A stretch of 64,000 bases of DNA, from contig NMRA01000462.1 of assembly GCA_002633005.1 (NCBI GenBank), positions 296,735 to 360,734 of the forward strand, read 5' to 3'. Under the pieces are notes generated by a model. It was not told the origin of the DNA, did no database searches, and was given only the letters and a program-made list of their open reading frames with translations. Both the position numbers and the translations under genes were made by a program. Shown here in pieces: positions 13,300-26,200 of the stretch. The DNA is from Phoronis australis (Eukaryota; Animalia; Phoronida). The first letter of the stretch is position 1, and every line of letters begins with the position of its first letter.

Positions 13300-13745
13300 C
13301 ATTTCTACATTTGTGGAGATGAAAAAAACTTTTGACTGGACAAATCATGAACTTTGGTTTTATAAATTACTGCAAAATAATATTAATGGTAGAATGTATG
13401 ATGCAATTCGTATGATTTACAGAAGTTCGTTGAACTGTATATGATTAAATGGCACTCTGTATAGTGGTTGGTTCACTCCTAAAAATGGTTTTCTTTCAGG
13501 GGAACGTTTTGTCACCGACACTCTTTGCATTACATGTTGTTGTGATTCTGGTTCTGTGGAGGATGAGCTACACTTTGTGTTTGACTGTTCTCTTTATAAC
13601 TCACGGAGATCTATTCTGTTTAATGATGTTTCACTTCAAATCCCGAACTTAGCAGATTTCAGAAGATTAGATACGTTGAAACTGCTGTTTCAGTATTTCC
13701 CTAGGCAATTTGCCAAATATATAAAGTCTGCTTTTGAACTTAGAA
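13300..13745 (+). mobile_element. Decayed non-LTR retrotransposon (LINE) ORF2 fragment
   Basis: Translates to FVEMKKTFDWTNHELWFYKLLQNNINGRMYDAIRMIY...*LNG...GWF..KNG../QGNVLSPTLF (RT motifs FVD..KAFD and QG..LSP.LF), then C..GSVEDELHFVFDCSLYNSRR (LINE C-terminal CCHC region). Contains a stop and frameshifts. Confidence 0.85.
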
Positions 13746-16700
13746 ACGGACTACATACTACTATATGTCGGTCATGCAACCAAATGGAAGCAAACACTCC
13801 AGTACTCTGGTGATACTGGCCAAAATGAAGGACGTTCTAAGTGAATGTAATTTCAGTTATTAAGTGGCAAGGTTATTTCAGTATGTACAATCTGCTACAC
13901 CAACTGCCAATAACGACCAAACACTGAATTCAAAATATACATATAAAAATATATTGCACCATATAAATCCAAATATACACAGATAATGGTAGAATTACAG
14001 AAACAACCTCTTATTTACACAAAAATCTTTAAGGTGCACATACATTAAGCCACACACAACGCCATCTTTTGGATCCCGTTTTGTCTAGAATAAATTTCAT
14101 TGATTTACAATACAGTGACATATGGGTTTACCAACTTTACATAACACTGCGAAATACACTGCACTTGAGGCTAGATTCTGTGCCATGCATTTGTTTGAAC
14201 TGTAGATTAAATTATTGTTGTATATGGTTCTGGGATATGCTTGTCCTAAAAAACAATTTAGCCAAAAGGAAATCTATTCATTTGATCTGGACAAGTAGCT
14301 TTCTGGGCTTTTGAATACTTGGTCATTATCAACACACCCTTAACGCCACAGGAAAGGGTTCCGTTTTGACAAACTTCAATTGCTATCCTTTTGAGTGGCA
14401 CCGAGCGCAAGGATGACTATCCCTCACTATTACATTGATTTCCTGCTACTGACTAAACAACTTACAAAAAACATCCCTTGCCCTGCAAGAGTCTACAAAA
14501 AGCCTTCCCATAAAAATCTACAAAATCTAAAACATCATTTTGCAAACTATTTCTCTCCCTATTTACAGTCGCACCTCATTTGAGTTCCTATGTCAATAGT
14601 TTTCCTGGATTCATTTGCATGTACTCTATTCTACAAACTTTTCAATCCTGTCAAAATTAAAAGATACTTACCCACTAAATGTCAGGCACAGATTCAGAAG
14701 GGTACATGGGTCCACAAGACCCCCTGTTCATGATCCTGAATCATTGTCTGAAAGTTTACCTCATGATTAAGCAGCGACAACTTTGCGCCCATTCTTCAAA
14801 ACTATTGCACCTTTATATTACCTACAAACTTTTGACTTTTGACCTCTTTCAGACATAAAGATGAAGACTTTCTCCAGATATGCTATGGTAGACAAAAAGT
14901 ACTAATAACAGAATAAGAGCAATACATCTACTTCCCAAAATTACAAAACATTCGCACCGAACTACATAATTTACAAATAATGAACATTGGGCTGTCTATA
15001 CTACAAATAACGTACAAAATACAGCATAAGTAACCAACACAGTAAATCACAATGAAAGAACCAACTTTAAACAATGACGTGGTTAAGGTGAGATGTGTTC
15101 AACAAACCCAGCCAAGATTGGTGATAGTAAGGCAATGTAACTACCTGACTGTGTGTACAATAGAACCTTGTTACAGCATACATCAAGGGACCTTCGAAAT
15201 CTACATTATAACCGTTGTTCATTGTAGGCAGGGTACACTTAAATACATACATTAGGCGACACCTGGACTTGCTGGTTACATTGCTGTTCACATTATAAAC
15301 GGGGAATGGAGAAACAAGGTTCGAATACAAAAGCATGCACTCAGTGGTACACGTCAGGTGGGATCCTCCGCCCACAACTACTTTCTGCTCTCTATCTATA
15401 CAGACATTAAAAAGAGGGACCTTTATTCATCAGCGCCACCTAGTGAACATCTAGTAACCCATTGTCAGTGAAAGCTAGAGAAATCACGATTTGCTTAATG
15501 TACAAGTTACCTTGCTCAACTTGTCATCACATAACTCGGAAGGCTGCAAGTCGTCCCGTCCTTGAGTCCAGATTAAATGCCTATACATGGCCATAACCCA
15601 TCACTCGAATAAGCTGCCTCATTTATCACCGCATAGAAGGCAACGAGTAAAACCAGTGTGTACAACATGGTTATATCTCCCGGAGACTACCATGATCTCA
15701 CTGGACTCGTGAAAAAGTAAACAGCACACTGGCCAAATTCTTTACAAGAAGCACGGAATGAACTTGGTAGTTCTCAGTTTTGGAAAGACATCGAAGGTGG
15801 AAAACAATTGCTCATCAGATAAATCCTATAACACAACAAAAAATTAAACTGCACAGACCTGAGCTCATGTAATTCACACGAACAGTCATTCTACAGACTG
15901 GCTTCTACCAATGAATATAACTGACTGTGTGAGCCAAAGACAGTATTTAAAAATATAGCAAGAACTATGAAAAGCCAATAGGCTAGGCTCCGATGCAACC
16001 CCTATGAGTTTGTGAACTATTGCACAACAGCTAGCATTAAAGTCCCACACCACGATATTCTTGGAAACTACTACTCTGTTTCATTTTACGGAGTATGTTT
16101 GGGTTCTTTATACAGTGAGTTCTACATGACAACAACGTGGACTGATTTCAGTGTGTTCAATGCACCAACACTAACTAGATTCATTTCCGATTTTGGTTTG
16201 ATTTAAATAACACGACTTAGGACTTTAAAATATAACCACACCTGGCATATTGTTTTCACCAAAAGCAACTGAGACAGATTTTCAGCACTAACATTTACGA
16301 AGTCTACATTATTACCCAAAGTAAGGTCTACCTTCATTCAATCGTTTACCCTTTGCCTGAACAATAACTTAACAATTGAGAAACCAGGGTTCGAAATCAT
16401 CAAACACAACTTGAGACTTGAGTCGAAAATTCATCTATCTTGTGTAATTTTGAATTTTTTTACTATATATACCGGTATTCCTTTCATTGACCTTAATATT
16501 TAAAAAAAGGTGACCTCCCGGTGATAACAGTGGTTCCCAAAATGGTCCTTGAATGTTACGCGAGATGTGATTGGTCAATTCTCGAGTCTCGGGCTCTGTT
16601 GTTTCAGCCCAAGTGATTATATAGTTCACCACACTTCCCTTTGTCTCACCATGGACAACTCCAACTGTACAACTGACTAAGTGGCGTATAGCAAATAAAT

Positions 16701-17152
16701 TCTCCATATAAAGGCACTAGTGTATAAACCCACATTGCGTCCAGGAAGCAAACTTTTGATTTACCCCATGTAGTGTTATAAAATTGGTCACAACTAGTTC
16801 CTTGCTCAGACAAAGTGGCTTGAGACCAGGCTTTGGAAAGCTTCCACACTGGTATTCAGTCCTTTTTGCAAGTATCAATAAAAATACAATTGCAATGGTA
16901 ATTTCCAACCGTGTGGGATTCACAATTTGTGTTTCCTTTCTCACACACCACAACTTATTAAAAAACTTTTCTCATGAAGCGGTTCTTTCAGGAGTTGCCT
17001 AGTTTTGCGTTCACTAGCAGTAATACAACACATACTTCTAGAGTGTGTCTCTTTTGGAAGGCAATAAAATGTTTGTGAAAAAAGAAAATATGCATGTGAT
17101 TGGATGGCATGAAATTACAATGATTCATGGAGATCCTTATGCGATTTTTAAA

Positions 17153-17250
17153 TTAGATCATGTTATGTTCACATGCTATAGACTTTGATTGTATACGGTG
17201 TCTTGACTCACTCTTCAACCGTTCTGCTGTAGATTTGGAGTGATGCCCGC
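17153..17250 (-). CDS. ATRN: Attractin probable terminal coding exon 26 (3' end uncertain)
   Basis: tttttgtag| acceptor in phase 1; reads GHHSKSTAERLKSESRHRIQSKSIACEHNMI*. An internal gtgagt donor could instead splice onward. Confidence 0.55.
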
Positions 17251-20200
17251 CTACAAAAATTGAAAAAGAGTCGTGTCAAACATAACTTGTAGGGCTCAAC
17301 CAGAGGAAAACACAAAATACATGATAAAATGAAGATGAAGTTTATTTTGAATGTGGTTTTGAAGGTTAAAAATTTGAAATACAATAAAACACATTTGAGA
17401 TACCAACATGCAAAACCACAAAGTCTTAACTAGCCCCCTCGAGTACTTGCACATAACAAGCATACAGGATGTGACTCACAGATGAGTTACCTTTTTATGA
17501 TCAATTTCCCTACAAAAGGGTGCCGGCCATTACAAAGAAATTAGCTACAAAATGGGTTTATTTTGAGAGTTTGAAATTCTCCAAAATTCTTTTTCTCACA
17601 ACACAAATCTACAGAACAGTTTTTGATATTACCTTTGTTTTTTAAACTTTTGTTGCCCAAGATGTACTAATCATAGACACCCAGTATCTCTTGGTACTAT
17701 TGCGAGCTTCATAGGTTAACAAATCATCAGTCCAACAACGCCTACGGGTTAGATTTTCAGAATTAACCCCTTAAATGGGCCGTGTTTATGGACCAAAAGC
17801 TCTATACAAATGGGTCCTCTTTTAAATAGGTGGGAATCCATTCACCAGCTGCACCCCATTAAAATACAGTCGAGTGCACCCCCTCCCCCTGGGAACATGC
17901 TTACATCAGCACTTAAACCGGTTCTTCTGACAGGAACAAAATCACGTGAAAAACATGCATCCTAGCACAACAATCAGACCAGTAAAATGCCAGACTTAAA
18001 AATCACTAGCCAGATACAAATATGAAATACAAATAAAAATATTATCAAGTTACCCATGGTCACTAGCGCGCTGGCGATGGCCAATCCCGTCTGACCGTTA
18101 GGGGTGTGGTCTTCATCGCCGCATGGCAGACGGATGAGAAGGGTCAACACACCAGACTTTTGTCCACTGCATGTCTCCAGTGTAATAGGGCTGGGCTTCG
18201 AAGGCTGGACGGGAAACAACACAGACCATATGAGTAATTTTTAAAAACACAATGACAATTTAAAAAATGTACTACCAATGTTACAGTACAGCGATTCTTC
18301 AATGAACTAATTACCCAGACTGCCTCTGAGCAAACCAACCTTGCTATAAACCATCAAAAAGCGACCAGGAGTCTGTTTCATAAATTAAAGTGACTTGAGA
18401 TTTAAGACAGATATTTGGTCTCATGTTCCCAATTGGTCATTGCTAAAAAAGGCTTAGTTCAATAATTGAGTGCATCACATTCTAGAAATAATTTATAGAA
18501 ATTACTGTACTTACTAGCACTTATATGTGTATATTCTGCCCTTTTTACCCGGGTGAGATGTAATTATTTTTTAGTAACAACTGACGAAATAAAAATAAAC
18601 TTTCCCATCATATTGTCGTATTATTACAAATGCTGCAATTTCATACAATGCATTTTCAACCAGTGCGCAAGTGATACCCAACCAATCAAACAGTAGAAAT
18701 CTACATTAAGACAATTGTAATCAAAGCACTTGGACGAGGAAATGTATATTCAGTTTTGTGTCTGGTCTATCACAAATCATGATGCTATCTGACATTTTGA
18801 CCAAAAAATCAATAAATACGACAGCAGTGCACTTCATTTATAGCACCGTACGTTATCTTTTACAGTAACTTTTACTGCTTTTGACACCTGCTGAGTCTGA
18901 ACTTATCGACTAAGTATGATTCTTTGCACAGTAAGTTATACAAGAGCATTAAGATGAACAGAATAATATCTATGCAGACCTTCTTTTTACGACGAGTCAT
19001 AGTCTCCACTCCGCTGGCAGGTGTCGCCGTCAGCTGCTTCAGAGAATTGTCCGGTGGAGTGACATCAATGCTTACTGAGGCAAACGGACGGCTGGCCATA
19101 TGTTGCATCTGAACCAACATTTGCTGAAAAGGGATCACATACAACAATCAGACATAACAACTAATTCTGTTAACAGTAAAATGACTGGTAATAGCTGTTA
19201 TGGCTTCAAAATTCCCATTACAGAATGACTTAGTCACATTACTAACTGTCCTGTTAATTCCCCTTCATACTCAGTCACCAGGGGAGACTACTCTGGTGAT
19301 GAATTTCGCTTCTACCCCGCCAAGACGACGGGAATTCTGAGTCATTTTGTCTGAATATCTTTGGCGTGTACTGTATCTTTACTAAAGCCTTGTCTTGAAA
19401 GCTGCGAGACAACTTTTGATTTAGACCACAAACTGTAATAAAATCTCTCTTCCCATTCCTTACTCTGCTTAGAAATGATTTCTACGCAGGAGAACATGTA
19501 ACAATTGACTAATCTTTCATACCAGGCCCATAAAGTTAATGTGTCATGGTACATTAGTTTTAGCCACTAAAACAGTATAACCATCAGAGGACTGCCAGGC
19601 ACTAGGTTCTGTCAAACTTCAAGTCAAACAAAGGTTACCGGACGATGACTTTGCTTTGGAAGAGCAAATTCCAAGTGCAAAGAAAGTTGTTTTCGATACC
19701 AGAATGCGTTTTGAGGCTTGACATACAAAGAAAATCTCTTTGACATGGAATATAGAATACTCATAACTGTCTGTTTAGTCTCCACGATGCAATATTGTTA
19801 TTTGAATGAAGATAACAATAATATTTAACCAGTGAATAACATACAGTACCATCCTCAAAAAAGTCATTTGGAAAATAGTCTACACACAAGTGCTATTAAA
19901 AATTCGTATCCCATAACCTTCAACAACCCTTACTATTTGGGAGATGAAAAGACAACACTTATTGTGCACAAAAAGAATTGACATTTTCCTATTTTAAAAG
20001 GCCGATTTCGTTACTGCAAATAATAAAAAAATTATCATAAGTTCTTTATGGCATCTATACAGTGAAAACCATGCCAGTAAATTAAGACAAAAATTTGCTT
20101 CATTTTTCATTTTTGATGAAAATTTTGACAAAATAGAATTTCCCATGTTGGCCATAATCTGTATTGTATACGGGCAACATAATCTGTATTGTAGACAGGC

Positions 20201-23200
20201 AACATAATCTGTATTGTAGACGGGCAACATAATCTGTATTGTAGACGGGCAACATAATCTGTATTGTAGACGGGCAACATAATTTGTATTGTACATTTTG
20301 GCCAACATAATCTGTATTATACACAGGCAACATATTAATCTAATTCCACCAGTCTCACTGACTCACCTGTCGACGGCGATACAACATGTACCTCAGCTTG
20401 ATCTTCCACACGATTGCCGCGACTAACAAGAGAGACAGGAAACAACTGAAATCAAAATGAAAGACACCATTGAAACGAGAGAAAAAAATCAATGTCTTGA
20501 GGACAAAGGAACGTCACACAGGAATATTACCGTATAGACACTTGTTTCTCAACATATAACGTCTGCTGCACTACAACTAAGGAGAAACATTGCCTTCCCA
20601 GACTTGAAACTGTAATCATGCTTGAAAGTAAGACATGCAGCATGTTATGCCTCTGTTGCTATCAGGAAAGGTCCACATGGTGGGACAATATGGTCAGACA
20701 AACTTTTCTGCAGTTGTCTATATCAAAGAATAAAAAACGAGATGTCTGGATTGAAAATGCAGGACATCCGGATACAAAGCAGGCACATATGGGTCTATGC
20801 CATAATATTAAGCATGTCTGCCGCAACACCCAAAAATGTCAACAGCATGTGTTTAGTCCAACCGGAAAATAGGGCTATATTGCATAGAAAATCAGAAAAT
20901 ACATAACTTCCAAGTGACTCAAAAAGCAGGACACGGTAGGATGCGGGACCTTCAAAAAGCGGAAAAAAAACGCCAAAAGCGAAACATTTGGCAGGTACAT
21001 ATTTCTACTTCTGACTTAGTTTTGTGCCAAAGGCAGGATCAAACATAATTGCTACAATCCATCAAACAGGACTAAAGGTTGACCTGGGAATGACTTGAGA
21101 GGTCTAAAGCAAAAATATAAATAAATTTTAAAAATACAACTTTGGCTGAACAGAAACTGTATGGGCATTCTCCACTTATTTTGCAGAGAAATAATTGTCA
21201 AAATGGTCGTTTTCCCATTTTTCAAAGGTCTATTACCTTGCTGCAAACAATGAAAACATCACCCAGTGTTTCTTTTATCACATCTACACAATGCAAACCA
21301 GGCTGGTGACAGACTAAAATGTTCTTAATATTAACTTTAGTGGAAAATTTTGACATCAGAATTTTACTTGTCAGCCATACTGTGCACAAAGTAAGTCGAG
21401 AATGATTGTATATTCCAACATCAGCATTCAGCTCTGATACTCTACGGAAGCACAGGACGACAACTCATCAACAAAGCTTACAATGTTTCCAATAACTAGA
21501 CTGGTGACAACTCCAAGAGGCAGTATCTTGGCACTTCAACTCGACAAATTGAAAAAGCAATACTGCAGTCAATATTTTTAGCGGACTGCGACTTACGAAA
21601 TCAAGATCCTAAAAATAAACATCAGCCACGTCTAACTTATGTCATTGAAAACGTCAATATTCACGTGGTACATATTGGATATTACAGTTAGTGAGTGCAC
21701 ACATCATCATGTACATTGTGCAGAACAATTACTACAGAAATAACATATTTTTAATAACAGATTCATACATTGGATGTATAAAGCAAATAGCACAAACTTA
21801 TGAACCATTGATCTCCGTAAATGTAAGTGGTATTTACCAAGAATAGTACTTTAGGATCTGAAAGCTTGTCAAAGATGACATCCTGACATGAAAATTTTAT
21901 GGATAACTTCACTTTTTGATTTAACCATTAAAACAACGATGAAGGATGTACAAATTTACAAGACCAGCACAGACAGACAACATCCTCTTGTTGTTTTCCA
22001 CAAAAGGTACACACCTGGGATTTGATATCTGCAATTTTATATTACTTTAAAGATTACGAGTCCAATGGATTTGAAACCATGTCAATTATGTATAAATGAC
22101 GAAATTTATAGAGCAAAATAATATAAGCTTTCTTCCAGCATTCATTAGACAGTTGGAAGTTACGCATATAAATATCTCACCAATTTCAGACAAAAATAAT
22201 TTCCAAAATTACTTTTTCATTTTTTAATCACTTCTATTGGTGTTATGAATACCCACAATTCCTCTAAATCAATGTTCGATGGCTGCTATGGTATAAACCT
22301 TTAAAAATGATATAGCATATATTTGGTGCAACTTATTTCTTAGGCAAAATGGAAAAAAATCACTGGTCGGCCATACTGCGTCATAAAGTGGTGAGATTTT
22401 ACCACTATAACTTGAACTTTGCAATACAACATTTCATTATGTAATTACTTACCTGAAGAACCAGATGAAAAAGTTAATCAGATCTATCATCTGCTGTTGG
22501 GAAAAGGATATCTGTGAAGAAAATATAAATAAAATCATATATTGAACCATTTGACGTGCTTTAAAAATATTTTGTTTGAAAATTATGCAGATACGTTAAA
22601 GTAGAAATAGAAAACTAGAAACCATTGAAACGCAACTTAACTGATTTACAAATTCAAAAACAAGCCAAAAGGCAGCAGATTAATGTGAAATGCAATGTAC
22701 CTTGAGTGGGGGGAAAATATTAAGCGAACTCTCAAAAGCTGTTTAGGCAGCTTTCAAAAATCATGTGATTATTTCCAAGACAGTCATGTATGTGAATCCA
22801 AAACGAGACAAGTTTTTGTTTGAACATGGCATGTCTTTAGATAAATGTTGTTTTTTTAAACCTACGGAAATATATATGATGCTGATTTGCAGGAAAAAGT
22901 ATTCATTGGTACTGCATTTGCCATATCGTGTTAGATTTTACTATATTTCTATTTCTGTTGACAAAGGATGTTATGATATCCGAAAATTTCAGTGATCCAT
23001 TTTTGTTATTTTAAAATATTTATATTTATTCTACTCTTCGGCACACAAGTGTATCCTTTAGAGGATCTGGATCGCCTCTTTTAGTTTCAGATTTATTTTC
23101 TACGTTATTTATCAGTACTTGAGACATATGAATGTCGAAATTGCTTGTATATCAATATACAGAATGAAAAAACTTCAATTTCAGTTTGAATATCAGAGTC

Positions 23201-26200
23201 CCAAATTTTTAAGAATGCCCAAACTGGAGAATTTTTACTGCATTTAGCTCATGACTGATTTAGCTTATGTAATGAAATATTGATGAGATAAACTTGAAAA
23301 ATAATTTTGAAATACTGGACAATTTCAGCAAAATTAGTTATTTTGTTCTTTTTTTTTAACTATAGCAGATTTCAAAACGAATTGGATGAATAGCTTCTTG
23401 TCAGATAGTTCTGGCACTGGCTATTGTTTACTTTAGAAATGAATCTTCTTTGATGAATTTTCTAATAATTCACATCATAGCATTGGCAGAGGTAGACAAA
23501 ATTTGACAAAACTGGTAGATGTATTTCTCTGAAAATTTACCAAACTGCAATTAATCATCTCCAGCACAACTGAATTTCAACAAACCTCGAACCAGATGGG
23601 GGTAGTGAAGTTATAAACGTCGACAAGAAACGTTGTGTTCTCAAACTCGGTGGCAAACTTGTAGCGGCTGTGAGAGAACCTGGCTTCGTAAAGACCACAT
23701 GTCTCGCCAATCACGTAGTAGATGTCACCCCGAGTCGCTATAAAAAGATGGTGAAGAATAATTTCATGAAGCACCTATGTTCGGAATAACTTATTTTTTT
23801 TAACTTAGCTGCACACTGCAAGGGTTTTTCTCAAATAGGAGTTTATGTCTAAAACGTTATGCACCAAATATCGATGATACTGTAAAATAATCGATTATGA
23901 AAAAACTTTTGATTAACCAGCTAATCGGATACAGAATTTTCATTCCATATGAACATAACTTTCATTAAGATACTTCATAATTTTATACTATCATGATTTT
24001 ATACTATATAATTACATAATCATGACATAATGCTGGCGTTGATTAATTTCTTATTAAATGATTAATTATAGGTGACCTATGCCGATCGTGATTGGCTCAA
24101 GGAATAGCTGACTTCCTCACAGTTTTGAAAGATTGAAGTTACAATGTCCTAAATGAAATTTCAAAAGCGCTGTTAGTTTTCTAAATTATCATTGCCTTTT
24201 CATTTTATAAAACTGGAGTTTCTTTCATATTTTTTTCATAAAAATAGTAAAACTTTCAGTTTTTGATAGTCCATAACACAACACAATACTTTTTAAAAGA
24301 ATTGCCTACAGTGCATAAATCATAGCATCAGAAAGTTTCATATGAAATCAATCCGATCAACCACATCTGAGATTTGATGTTCTTAAATTAGCCAAAATTG
24401 GATATTTTCCAGGGTCCTAAATAACCTTTAAATATTTTTATCAGTTACAATTGATGATCGGTAGCTTGACAATGCTCAATCATTGTTTTTGGCTCATTCG
24501 AACTGCAGCATGGATTGCCTTTGTACTTTGAAAGTAAATGGCTGCATGAGTCCATGTACATGGTTAGCATAAGTTGTTAATTATAAAGACTTTTTGTATG
24601 TTGAAAAATGACAATGGCGATTATAGAAAACAAACGTTCAAACCACATTCTATTTCCAAGTTTTCTCATAACTGATAGACTGCTTATCAAAATCTGTTTT
24701 TCTCGAAATCTTTAATCAGAGTGTATTTGCATTTAATGCGGTTTAACGGATTTGACTTCTAAGAAATATGAAATTGAAATAGATTTCATAGAGTGTATGT
24801 TCGATATAAGGTAGTGCTTATTGAGATTTGTTTTTGTTTGAAGCCCTTATCACTTTGGCATGGTGATACTTAAAGGGTTTTAACAGATAAGTTTCTTTCC
24901 AAAGTCATGTGAATTCGAGGAACCGAAACAATTCAGATTTGTGTAATCTCGGCAATGTGACTGAAAAAAATTCAGATGCAAACAAGATGCCAACTGTTTA
25001 TAATCAAATCAAAACTTAACAGTAAGTAGTGATTGGTCAGCATAACAAAACTGTTTTGTTTTCTTTCAGTAACAATGCCATGCTTTTTAAATGGCTTAGC
25101 ATGGACAGATTATCATAACCATTTCTTCTCACGTGGGCACACCAGAGAGGTCTGAGTACACCGAGAGATACCAAAATGTCACATCTGACATCAATGCTTA
25201 TTGCCGCTGGTACACTGAGTTTGCTGTGCAAGTCTGCAGCCTTAAACAAGAGGCAATTAGATGAGCCGATGTTGGAAAATTTTCAGAAAAAGGGGATTTT
25301 TTTGGAGAAGATGGTCAACCAGACAAATGATCAGACCTACGAGTTGGACAAAAAAATCTCAATGCAGGGCAAGAAGTGGGAAGGTGCTCCTCCCCATCAC
25401 GACGAGAACTTGATGAAAAAGATAAACTGTCTGTCTCATGGATTCTTTTACAACGATTTCGGTTGCTACAAACTTGTCTACAGTAAATTATCACATGACA
25501 AGGCTACAGCGTATTGTCATCGCTACCACAGTCACTTAGTTGAGTTGCAATCAGTAACGAAACACGAAGCCCTGATATCCTTAATGGACGAGCACGGTGC
25601 ACAGCACGGATACTACCATCTGGGTGCTGGAAAGGTCGGAGGTGTGTGGACCTGGACTGAATCAAGGGAACGCTTCACCTACACAAACTGGTTTGGTAAA
25701 TTTGTTTTCATTATTGGGGTCTTACTGATTTTTGCTGAATTATGGCAACTACAAAATGTACAACACAATTTCTTCGTAGAGTAATATTACAAAATGCATT
25801 ACAACTTTTCAAAACTTGCACAATCACTCTAATTGTGGACGAGTGCACTCTGTATCATTTCATTCATCAATATATCCTTTTCATTTTGTTTTACCATCAC
25901 TAACAGTGAATGGATTATGTATGCAGAGTCACCAAACCATTAGCTCGCAATCAATGATGTAAAAATACAGATTTTTTAAATCAAAAGAACATGTTCATCA
26001 TTTCACCAAGTTTATACATAGTTACATTCAATATTCATTTGAATGTCCTAAACGATGCACTTTTCTGAGTGACGCCCTCAAAGGTCACACCTATGGCAGT
26101 TTTTACAAACCACATAAGAACAACAACAAATTTTAAAGCACAGATTTTCAAAGACTATAAGTATTTTCACTGAACTACAGAATACACTCCTTCGTTCAGA

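Noticed and set aside
19994-20333. Cys/Tyr-rich ORFs (RLQYRLCCP repeats)
   Set aside because: Produced by the 25-bp intronic repeat cycling through reading frames.
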